NCBI GenBank assembly: GCA_000384615.1 | Contig: ARQU01000003.1 | Span: 104,751-168,750, forward strand | Reading direction: 5' to 3' | Source of the DNA: an alpha proteobacterium SCGC AAA536-G10 | Lineage (GTDB): Bacteria > Pseudomonadota > Alphaproteobacteria > Puniceispirillales > Marisalimonadaceae | DNA: 64,000 nt | Part shown: piece by piece, positions 56,599 to 64,000 of the stretch | How positions within the stretch are numbered: the first letter of the stretch is position 1 | How the letters are laid out: each line of letters starts with the position of its first letter | The notes under the pieces: generated by a model | Told to the model about the DNA's origin: nothing | Databases searched by the model: none | The model's input: the letters and a program-made list of their open reading frames with translations, nothing else | Position numbers and translations under genes: made by a program

Positions 56599-56807
56599 AT
56601 GTCTAACGGAATATCTTTGTATAAGACTTGAAGATGTCCATATTATTTTGTGAGATTTGGAATCCAATTAAAAAGAAATATTAAACTCGTTCCACAAAAG
56701 AAATCACTAGGATTGATGCAAGACAAGTCGCACAAGAGTTGTTTTCTAAATTACACATTACAAAGTTTAAGAAAACACCTTCAAACAAACTTTACTTCAA
56801 AGATTGA
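56599..56807 (+). pseudogene. Integrase N-terminal remnant with in-frame stops and a frameshift
   Basis: MSNGISLYKT-stop-RCPYYFVR, then after a frame change IWNPIKKKY-stop-TRSTKEITRIDARQVAQELFSKL... It parallels the remnant after repeat 2 (GLSLYKTWRSPYYFARIWDPIEKKY). The rest of the gene is missing. Confidence 0.65.
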
Positions 56808-56969
56808 TCGAAGATCTTATACACATGGTGAGATAGGAGTAGGCTTTATTCAAAGTAAATATAATATGTCCTGAACATGCTATATTTAAACAACAACCAA
56901 GACTTCATTTAAGAGGAAGTAATGGTTACAAAACTTGTATTAAGTTAAGGAAAAAGAGAAAATAAATCT

Positions 56970-58187
56970 TCATTTAATTTGTCTCTTTTTATTAATTATA
57001 TTATTCGCTACAAACGCCCCATTAGATATACAAGCTTGTAACAAATACCCTCCTGTTGGAGCTTCCCAATCTAACATTTCCCCTGCAACATAGGTGTTTG
57101 GTTTATTTACAAGCATAAAATCTTCATTTATTGAATTAAAACTTATGCCACCTGAAGTAGAAATACACCGTTCTATTGAAAAAGGCTTGTCTAAAGTTAT
57201 TTTATAATTTTTTATCATATAAGCTAGATTACTGATTTGATGATTATTAGTTCCTTCTTTATTTTTAAGCTCCATAAGTAAACCGATTGCGGCCTCTGAT
57301 AATTTTAAAGTTTTACGCAAATAATTTGTAATTGTTAATTTTAACCTTGGCTTCAATAGGAGTTTCTCTATTTTTTCAATAGTAAAATCAGGTTTTAAAT
57401 CGATTGTGATTTCTGTAGATCCCATTTTATTTATACTATCTCGTAATACAGAAGAGAAAGAGTAAATAATCCCACCTTCTACCCCGTCTTTAGTGATAAT
57501 AAATTCTCCTTTTATTTTTTTATTTTTAAAGCTTAGCTCTACGGCTTTGAGAGGAAATCCTGCAAAACGATTTTTAAAAATGTTAGACCATTTTACAAAA
57601 AAACCACAATTTGTAGGTTGTATTTTTGATACCTCAATATTATTCTTTTCCAAGATTTTTATCCAAGACCCATCAGAACCTAATTTAGGCCATGACAATC
57701 CACCTAATGCTAATAAGGTAATGTCTGCATCTACTAAAATTCTTTTTATTCCTGATCTAAAGATTAGTTTATTATCTTCCCAACCAACCCAATCATGATT
57801 AATTTTCATTTTAACATCTTGATTTTTTAATTTAAATAACCACGCTCTTAAGAGGGGAGAAGTTTTGAAACTTTTAGGGAAAACTCTGCCACTTGAACCT
57901 ATAAATGTTTTTTCTCCTAACATTTCACAAAAGCTCATAAGATTTTTTTGAGAAAAATTATTCAAAATTGGTTCAAAAATCTTTGCAGTAACACCATATC
58001 TTTTTAAAAATTTTTTTCTACATTCTGAATGAGTAATATTTAAACCACCTCTGCCAGCTAGCAAAAATTTGCGACCAAAAGTTGGTTTTCTGTCATAGAT
58101 TGTTACATCAAATTTGTTTTGAGATAATAAATATGCAGCCATAAGACCAGTTGGTCCGCCGCCAATTATATTAACATTACTTTTCAA
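56970..58187 (-). CDS. HI0933/BaiN-like NAD(P)/FAD-dependent flavoprotein (TIGR03862-like)
   Basis: Dinucleotide fold IIGGGPTGLMAA and the characteristic GRKFLLAGRGGLNITHSE segment; 405 aa. Confidence 0.75.
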   Translation of the reverse strand: MKSNVNIIGGGPTGLMAAYLLSQNKFDVTIYDRKPTFGRKFLLAGRGGLNITHSECRKKFLKRYGVTAKIFEPILNNFSQKNLMSFCEMLGEKTFIGSSGRVFPKSFKTSPLLRAWLFKLKNQDVKMKINHDWVGWEDNKLIFRSGIKRILVDADITLLALGGLSWPKLGSDGSWIKILEKNNIEVSKIQPTNCGFFVKWSNIFKNRFAGFPLKAVELSFKNKKIKGEFIITKDGVEGGIIYSFSSVLRDSINKMGSTEITIDLKPDFTIEKIEKLLLKPRLKLTITNYLRKTLKLSEAAIGLLMELKNKEGTNNHQISNLAYMIKNYKITLDKPFSIERCISTSGGISFNSINEDFMLVNKPNTYVAGEMLDWEAPTGGYLLQACISNGAFVANNIINKKRQIK

Positions 58188-58216
58188 AATTATTAACCTA
58201 CTTTAAAATTTAAACT

Positions 58217-58534
58217 TTATTCTTCAAAATATGAACAAGTATAGTTAATCAATTTTGATACTTTCACTTTGAATGAAGAATTCTTGGGAATATAGAAGCT
58301 CATACCTCCTTTAATTATTTTCCATTCTGGATTATCTAGTAATTTTAAATCTAGTTCTCCTGTAAATATCTCCATTAATTCTTTTAATTGGGTGCTGAAC
58401 TCGTATTCACCTGGAAGCATCACTCCAAGTGTTTTTTTTGACCCATCTTGAAATGTGATATTACGACTAATTACATTTCCATCAAAATATATATTTGCTA
58501 ACTTATCAACAGTAACATTTTCATAATTATTCAT
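58217..58534 (-). CDS. ppnP: Pyrimidine/purine nucleoside phosphorylase PpnP (DUF1255 cupin)
   Basis: 105 aa with ANIYFDGNV.SR...DGSKKTLGVMLPGEYEF.T...E.MEI..G.L...L......W, typical of PpnP. Confidence 0.8.
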   Translation of the reverse strand: MNNYENVTVDKLANIYFDGNVISRNITFQDGSKKTLGVMLPGEYEFSTQLKELMEIFTGELDLKLLDNPEWKIIKGGMSFYIPKNSSFKVKVSKLINYTCSYFEE

Positions 58535-58661
58535 ATACTTACTTTCTTTTGTTTTTTAAAAATTATTTTAAAAGACGCTACATAAGAAATTAAATTATAA
58601 TAGTACTACATTTTTTTTTTTTTTGACGTATTATTTATATTATAGGAAACAATAATTTATT

Positions 58662-58898
58662 ATGGAGTTCGTAATGTCTGTTTATGCAATAAAAGTATGG
58701 CTTTCAAAAAGCGAGAAAGACTGGTTTTTGTATAAAGATTTAGAGGATCATGTAGTTCATACATGGAGTAGGAAAGAAAAGGCAGAGGAAGTTATGAACT
58801 TACTAGAATGTACTAAAGCAGAAATCACCGAAGATATTCCTCCTCCAGCTCTTGCAAGGTCGACAGAAAAAAAACAAAAACTTAAAGTACAAGAATAA
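58662..58898 (+). CDS. Hypothetical protein
   Basis: 78-aa ORF, no family recognised. It is preceded by a T14 tract (58611-58624). Confidence 0.4.
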   Translation: MEFVMSVYAIKVWLSKSEKDWFLYKDLEDHVVHTWSRKEKAEEVMNLLECTKAEITEDIPPPALARSTEKKQKLKVQE

Positions 58899-58913
58899 TT
58901 CATTAATTAAAAA

Positions 58914-59213
58914 TTGGAAAATATTATTAAAAAAAATGAATGGAAAGTTAGATTTGAGGTAACATTTTATGGAAATGATCCAACAAGAGGTTCTTTCAGA
59001 GAAATTAAAGAGGACACAATAGTAATTAATGAAGAGGTCCAAATAAATAATAAAGTAAATTTTGATAATGCAGAGAATGTCGAAATTAATTTTTTACTTT
59101 GGGTAGATAAATTACCAATTGAAAAACTTACTAAAGTTCCTCATGATTATAACAATTCTAATGTAAGGTATGACCAAGAATCTATTGAAGTTATAGAGGT
59201 TACAAAGTTATAA
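58914..59213 (+). CDS. Hypothetical protein
   Basis: 99-aa ORF starting at a TTG, no family recognised. Confidence 0.35.
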   Translation: MENIIKKNEWKVRFEVTFYGNDPTRGSFREIKEDTIVINEEVQINNKVNFDNAENVEINFLLWVDKLPIEKLTKVPHDYNNSNVRYDQESIEVIEVTKL

Positions 59214-59244
59214 TAATGTAAACAAAGTATTTTGGAGTTTTCTA

Positions 59245-59646
59245 ATGAGAATTGAAGGTGGATGCTACTGTGGTGAAATTAGGTACGTCTCTAATGGAGA
59301 CGCCCAAGCTTCAGTTCAGTGCCATTGTAGGGAATGTCAATATATTACTGGAGGACATCCCAACGTTTTAATGATCATGCCGTTAGATGGATTTAAATTT
59401 CTATCTGGCAAGCCTAAAGAATTTAAAAGAAATGATTTAGAAAATTCAATGACTCGCTTATTTTGTAGTAAATGCGGTACTGCTATTGGAACAAGAAACC
59501 CAATGAGACCAAATTCAATTATTTTGAAAGTAGGTACCTTTGATGATCCAGCTATTTTTGAACCTGAAATAGCTATTTTTACGTCTGATAAACAAAAATT
59601 TCATTATATTGATGATAATGTAAAGTCTTTTGATAAAAAGCCTTAA
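59245..59646 (+). CDS. GFA-family zinc protein (second copy in the window)
   Basis: GGCYCGEIRY...CHCRECQ...C.KCGT pattern; paralogous to 54555..55016. Confidence 0.8.
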   Translation: MRIEGGCYCGEIRYVSNGDAQASVQCHCRECQYITGGHPNVLMIMPLDGFKFLSGKPKEFKRNDLENSMTRLFCSKCGTAIGTRNPMRPNSIILKVGTFDDPAIFEPEIAIFTSDKQKFHYIDDNVKSFDKKP

Positions 59647-59665
59647 CGTTAATTAATAAAATCTA

Positions 59666-60532
59666 ATGTCTTATAATAAAGCCATAGAAGAAATTTCGGT
59701 TATTATTCCAACGTATAACAGGTGTGATTCATTAAAAAGAGCTATTAATTCTGTTATAAAACAAACAATTACGCCAAAAGAAATTATTATTGTTGATAAC
59801 GGTTCAACTGATAAAACTTATCAAATGGTATCATCACTATTTCCAGAAATAAATTATTTCATTGAAAAAAAAAGAGGTGTAAGTGCTGCTAGAAATAAAG
59901 GAATCTTAGAAAGTAAATCAAAATGGATTGCCTTTTTAGATTCTGACGATGCTTGGAAACCAACAAAATTAGAAAAACAGATGAAATTCTCTGTATTTAA
60001 TCAGGATAAATACAGAATTATTCATACAAATGAAACTTGGTATAGAAATAAAAAATTTTTAAATCAATTAAAAAAACATAAAAAATCAGGTGGAAATATA
60101 TTCAAAAACTCCCTTCAGTTATGTTGTATTTCTCCAAGTAGTGTAGTTCTTAAAAAGCAAATCTTTGACGATTATGGCCTTTTCGACGAGAATCTTGAGG
60201 TTTGCGAAGATTATGATATGTGGATAAGAATAACCTCAAAAGAAGAAGTTGGATTTTTAGATAGTCCATTAGTTTTAAAATATGGGGGGCATAGTGACCA
60301 ACTATCTAAAAAATTTTGGGGAATGGACAGATTTAGGATAAAATCATTAGAAAAAAATTTAATAAATGAACATTTCTCAAAATCACAAAAAATAAATGTT
60401 TTAGACACATTAATTAAAAAATTAAATATTGTTTCAGATGGAGCACTTAAAAGAGGAAATAAAGAAACTTTTAAAAAATATAATGATAAACTTCAAGACT
60501 GGTCAATTGAATTAGATAAACTTAAAAAATGA
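59666..60532 (+). CDS. Family 2 glycosyltransferase
   Basis: ISVIIPTYNR...IIIVDNGSTDKT...AFLDSDD motifs (GT-A fold, DxD). Confidence 0.8.
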   Translation: MSYNKAIEEISVIIPTYNRCDSLKRAINSVIKQTITPKEIIIVDNGSTDKTYQMVSSLFPEINYFIEKKRGVSAARNKGILESKSKWIAFLDSDDAWKPTKLEKQMKFSVFNQDKYRIIHTNETWYRNKKFLNQLKKHKKSGGNIFKNSLQLCCISPSSVVLKKQIFDDYGLFDENLEVCEDYDMWIRITSKEEVGFLDSPLVLKYGGHSDQLSKKFWGMDRFRIKSLEKNLINEHFSKSQKINVLDTLIKKLNIVSDGALKRGNKETFKKYNDKLQDWSIELDKLKK

Positions 60533-60999
60533 ATAAAAGTGAATTTTTGAATAAAATGTCAGTTAGATGGGTTATTGCTCTCAAAGAAGAGGCCAAAGTA
60601 ATTTTAGATTATTACGAAATGGCACTAGTAAATAAAAAAACTTTATATCCTATTTACAAGAATATTGAAGAGACACATTGGCTTATCCTATCTGGAATAG
60701 GAAGGCATAATTCTGCAGCCGCTACGTCATATCTTTATACAATTAGTAATGCTTCTAAATGGACGTCATGGATCAATATAGGTATTGCTGGGTCTGGCAA
60801 AGGGGATTACGGAAATATATATCTAGTGGATAAAATTTTTAATCAAAACTCTTTTATTACATATCCAGCAACCATGCCTAAATCGAATTTACCTAAGATG
60901 AGTCTATTAACGACAGATATACCAATAACGGATTATTCTTCAAAAGAATTAATAGATATAACTAAAAATCTTTTGATTTTTGATTACAAATTGGCCTGA
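60529..60999 (+). CDS. Nucleoside phosphorylase-superfamily (PNP_UDP_1 / HpnG-MTAN-like) protein, probably C-terminally truncated
   Basis: The pattern WVIALKEEAK......LSGIGRHNSAAATSYL......INIGIAGS resembles the phosphorylase fold. At 156 aa it stops about where the catalytic D-M-E region would be expected. It has a 4-nt overlap with the GT2 gene. Confidence 0.5.
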   Translation: MNKSEFLNKMSVRWVIALKEEAKVILDYYEMALVNKKTLYPIYKNIEETHWLILSGIGRHNSAAATSYLYTISNASKWTSWINIGIAGSGKGDYGNIYLVDKIFNQNSFITYPATMPKSNLPKMSLLTTDIPITDYSSKELIDITKNLLIFDYKLA

Positions 61000-61085
61000 A
61001 ACTTGGTTAGTAGGATTGTTTATCATATTTAATCTTAAAAAATTGTTTACTCATTTTATATTGCACATGACATTATTAACGTCAA

Positions 61086-61120
61086 TAGCCTAATAAAGTT
61101 AGTCTAGGCTAATTTGTTTT
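61086..61120 (+). terminator. Candidate intrinsic terminator
   Basis: TAGCCTA (61086-92), 12-nt loop, TAGGCTA (61105-11), followed by ATTTGTTTT. Confidence 0.35.
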
Positions 61121-61275
61121 CAGCTTTCCTTTAAACCAATAATGGAAAGATTATTAAAGCTATAAAAATTATTACTAAAAATATAATGATCATTATTTAT
61201 ACCACTTAAAGCTTTTAATTAAATTCGAGTTTATTAAGTAATTTTTAATATTTATCAAAAATAAGATTAATTAGT

Positions 61276-62301
61276 TTGTTAAAATATCATTTTCAAAACC
61301 CTAAAATTAAGGTTATAAATAAAGAAAATGTTTGGATAAAATTTAGCATGCAAGTTGACAAAGATACACAAACTTTAATTAATGAACGTATTAAAAACAA
61401 TGCACCTCCCTTGGAGAGCTTTTCTCCTCAAGAACTGAGAGCTTTGAGAGCTAAAATGGCAGAAACTCCAGAAAAACTTAGAGTATACATATCAAATGTA
61501 GAAGATTTCACTATTAAGGGTTCTCTTGGTCCTATAACTGTTAGAAAATATTTTAACGAAAAATCACATACACTTATAAACCAAAAACAACCATTAATTA
61601 TTTATTTTCATGGTGGCGGTTTTGTGATGGGAGACCTTGAAAGTCATGATTTAGTTTGCAGACATTTATGTAAACAAACAAATGCAACTATAATAGCTGT
61701 TGATTACAAACTAGCCCCCGAACATAAATTTCCAGCCGCAATTACAGATACAATAGATGCTATAACTGAGATTATAAGTAAAGCAGATGAATTTAATATT
61801 GATCAAAATAAAATTATTTTGTGTGGTGATAGTGCTGGAGGAGCTTTAGCTACTGTAGGAACAATTATGTCTAGAGATAAATTAATTCCAAAAGTCCAAG
61901 GACAAATACTTGTTTATCCATGGGTAGATATGACAATGTGTCGAAGATCAATGGATATAGATCTTGAAGGTATGATTTTAAATAAGAAAACTATAAAATA
62001 TTTTGCAGATCATTACTTAAATTCTCACGAAGAGCAGGTAGATTGGAGAGCATCACCATTACTAACCCCTGATTTATCTAACCTTCCTCCAACATATATT
62101 TTTGGGGCAGGACTAGATCCTCTGGTTGATGAGGGTGATGCATATAAAAGAAGACTTTTATCTTTTGGTAATGAAGTCCATTACCGATTATTTGAAGGGC
62201 AGATGCATGCTTTTGTTAGCAATTCTGTCCAACTACCAACCGCTTTAACATGCATAAAAGAAATGAGTGACGCTGCAAAAGAAATATTTTCTAGGCAATA
62301 A
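61276..62301 (+). CDS. Alpha/beta hydrolase, hormone-sensitive-lipase-type esterase
   Basis: Oxyanion HGGGF, nucleophile elbow GDSAGG, C-terminal DPL...D and QMHAF. The track start is a TTG; ATG 61348 is an alternative. Confidence 0.85.
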   Translation: MLKYHFQNPKIKVINKENVWIKFSMQVDKDTQTLINERIKNNAPPLESFSPQELRALRAKMAETPEKLRVYISNVEDFTIKGSLGPITVRKYFNEKSHTLINQKQPLIIYFHGGGFVMGDLESHDLVCRHLCKQTNATIIAVDYKLAPEHKFPAAITDTIDAITEIISKADEFNIDQNKIILCGDSAGGALATVGTIMSRDKLIPKVQGQILVYPWVDMTMCRRSMDIDLEGMILNKKTIKYFADHYLNSHEEQVDWRASPLLTPDLSNLPPTYIFGAGLDPLVDEGDAYKRRLLSFGNEVHYRLFEGQMHAFVSNSVQLPTALTCIKEMSDAAKEIFSRQ

Positions 62302-63568
62302 ATAAATTATTTTTTAAAGTCTCAGGCTTCATTTCTACTGAAAATCCACTTTCTTTTGGGAGCATATATGCTGCATTTTTTATTATACACGGATTGATAA
62401 AATGTTCATGAAGATGATCTACATACTCTATGACTTGTTTGTCTTTTTTAGCTGATACGCATATATAATCAATCATTGCAAGATGTTGTGAATATTCACA
62501 TAAACCTACACCACCTGCGTGAGGCCAAACTGGAAGATTATTTTTAGCAGCCATTAATTGTACTGCTAACACTTCATTTAGACCTCCCATTCTGCAGGCA
62601 TCTACTTGGACTATATCAATAGCTTTCTCTGATATTAATTGTTTAAATATAATTCTATTTTGAACGGCTTCACCTGTAGCTACTTTTATAGGATAAATAG
62701 CTTCTCTAATTTTTTTATGACCAATAATATCATCTGGACTTGTTGGTTCTTCTATGAAATACGGATTAAATTCAGAAAGAGATTTCATCCATTTAATAGC
62801 TTCATCAACTTCCCAAACCTGATTTGCATCAATCATAATTTTAATCTCAGGACCCAATGAGCTTCTTGCTATTTCTAAACGCCTCATATCATCTTTAAGA
62901 TTTTTACCCACTTTTAATTTTACATATTGAAACCCTTTTTTCTTCGCATCAATACATAATCTTTTCAATTTTTCATCACTATACCCAAGCCAGCCGGCAG
63001 AAGTTACATAACATGGGTAACCTTCTTTTTTTAATATAGAAATTCTGTTTGATTTTGATTGTTGATTAGAATTTAGAATATGATTAGCTTCATCTTGATT
63101 TAGAAAATCTGTTATGTGCCTGAAATCAATAGATCCAGATATTTCCTCTGGGCTCATATCTGAGACTTGTTTCCAGAGCGGTTTATTATTCATTTTTGCC
63201 AAAATATCCCAAACAGCATTTATAATTGCACCGCTAGCCATATGGATTATACCCTTTTCTGGACCAACCCATCTTAGTTGTGAGTCAGAGGTCATCATTC
63301 TTGAAAAAGAGGAAAGGTTATCTCTTATCCATTCTATATCAAGTCCTAGTACAATATGTTGTAATGCTTGGATTGCTTTACAACATAGGTCGTTGCCGCG
63401 ACCAAGTGTAAAGGCAAAAGAATGACCTTTTAATAATTTATTTTCACTTTCAAGAATTACATATGCTGCAGAGTAATCGGGATCTGGGTTCATCGCATCA
63501 GAACCGTCAAGATTATCAGAAGTAGGGAACCTTAAATCATAAGTTATTAATTTTATTATTTTTGTCAT
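62291..63568 (-). CDS. fucD: L-fuconate dehydratase (enolase superfamily)
   Basis: The N-terminus TYDLRFPTSDNLDGSDAMNPDPDYSAAYVILE is nearly identical in pattern to characterised FucD. MR/MLE-type metal ligands are in the DANQ, EEP and ...E regions. Confidence 0.85.
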   Translation of the reverse strand: MTKIIKLITYDLRFPTSDNLDGSDAMNPDPDYSAAYVILESENKLLKGHSFAFTLGRGNDLCCKAIQALQHIVLGLDIEWIRDNLSSFSRMMTSDSQLRWVGPEKGIIHMASGAIINAVWDILAKMNNKPLWKQVSDMSPEEISGSIDFRHITDFLNQDEANHILNSNQQSKSNRISILKKEGYPCYVTSAGWLGYSDEKLKRLCIDAKKKGFQYVKLKVGKNLKDDMRRLEIARSSLGPEIKIMIDANQVWEVDEAIKWMKSLSEFNPYFIEEPTSPDDIIGHKKIREAIYPIKVATGEAVQNRIIFKQLISEKAIDIVQVDACRMGGLNEVLAVQLMAAKNNLPVWPHAGGVGLCEYSQHLAMIDYICVSAKKDKQVIEYVDHLHEHFINPCIIKNAAYMLPKESGFSVEMKPETLKNNLFIA

Positions 63569-63590
63569 TTAAATTTTTGCCTTATACAGA

Positions 63591-64000
63591 TTATTTAGGC
63601 GTATAAATATTATCCCTATTTAAATCATGGACATCTCGTTTTCCACATAGAGCCATAGTCATGTCTGCTTCTGTTTTAATAATGTCTAAAGCTTTGGTAA
63701 CACCGTCTTTACCCAAAGCACCTAGACCATATAGAAAAGCTCTACCAATATACGTACCCTTTGCTCCTAGGCACATCGCTTTTATTACATCTTGACCAGA
63801 TCTAATGCCACCATCCAAATGGACTTCGACTAATTTGCCAACTTTGTCGACTACCTCTGGTAAAATATTTATTGTTGAAGATGCGCCATCGAGTTGCCTA
63901 CCTCCATGATTAGAAACAATAATTGCGTCAGCTCCTGTTTTTGCTGCTAAAAGTGCATCTTCAGAATCTAAAATTCCTTTAATAATTAGTTTACCTCCCC
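63591..64000 (-). CDS. FMN-dependent alpha-hydroxy-acid dehydrogenase (L-lactate dehydrogenase/glycolate oxidase family), C-terminal part; continues beyond the window
   Basis: The track shows only 63591..63818. My translation upstream continues in frame (GGKLIIKGILDSEDALLAAKTGADAIIVSNHGGRQLDGASST...HLDGGIRSGQDV), the canonical FMN-dehydrogenase active-site region. Confidence 0.85.
   Translation of the reverse strand, partial: GGKLIIKGILDSEDALLAAKTGADAIIVSNHGGRQLDGASSTINILPEVVDKVGKLVEVHLDGGIRSGQDVIKAMCLGAKGTYIGRAFLYGLGALGKDGVTKALDIIKTEADMTMALCGKRDVHDLNRDNIYTPK

Noticed and set aside
56449-56874. Track ORFs 56449..56667 (-) and 56650..56874 (+).
   Set aside because: The first runs through the tRNA-derived att repeat. 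The second is one frame of the decayed integrase N-terminus, and the region is better explained as a pseudogene remnant.
58611-58624. T14 homopolymer between ppnP and the 78-aa ORF, as a phase-variation switch.
   Set aside because: No convincing -35/-10 pair brackets the tract (the TTGACG at 58623 has no suitably spaced -10). Long T-runs are common in this AT-rich DNA.
1-64000. CRISPR arrays, rRNA genes, transposase/IS elements, and known defence systems (restriction-modification, CBASS, retrons, toxin-antitoxin pairs).
   Set aside because: No regularly spaced direct repeats, no rRNA-like G+C-rich blocks, and no transposase, reverse-transcriptase, nuclease or methyltransferase motifs were seen in any ORF. 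The only tandem or direct repeats found are those reported as features.

Overview
The window is AT-rich and tightly packed. Hand counts of 60-nt lines give 12/60 G+C at 20461-20520. It looks like a streamlined marine alphaproteobacterial chromosome, Pelagibacterales-like; that assignment is inference from composition, tiny or overlapping intergenic spacers and an alphaproteobacterial-type GAAC-N7-GAAC SOS operator.

Positions 1-39.5 kb are ordinary core genes: MFS transporter, M20 amidohydrolase, SulP, umuDC, DD-carboxypeptidase, clpSA, class II RNR, mlaD, aat, accBC, aroQ, rne, amiC, PBP1A, prfB, bcp, an AsmA/YhdP-like protein, tyrS and cysE-desulfurase-fdx-mnmA.

At 39536 a tRNA-Met(CAU) gene starts a tandem array of integrated islands. 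The 3' end of the tRNA recurs exactly at 53431-53488 (58 bp) and 56423-56470 (48 bp), and each copy is followed by a decayed integrase gene.

Inside the first interval sits a 13.7-kb element bracketed by an exact 16-bp direct repeat. It carries an AlpA-like regulator, a P4-type Prim-Pol/SF3-helicase primase, an HGGxSTG protein and an intact tyrosine integrase. Its cargo has much higher G+C (32/60 at 50161-50220, 28/60 at 44101-44160). The cargo includes a passenger-less inverse-autotransporter barrel translationally coupled to a Cys-rich secreted protein, a lipoprotein with weak polysaccharide-lyase resemblance, and an RND/LolA-like/beta-barrel operon. It also holds a fossil tRNA-fMet-like attachment site overlapping the integrase stop codon.

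Smaller oddities in the core:
- an RF2 frameshift site UUU-UAA instead of CUU-UGA
- an amiC split in an A9 run
- a roughly 100-aa insertion in PBP1A
- two perfect DnaA boxes plus a 38-bp AT palindrome upstream of nrdJ/mlaD
- a SulP gene without a canonical start codon

No rRNA genes or CRISPR arrays were seen.
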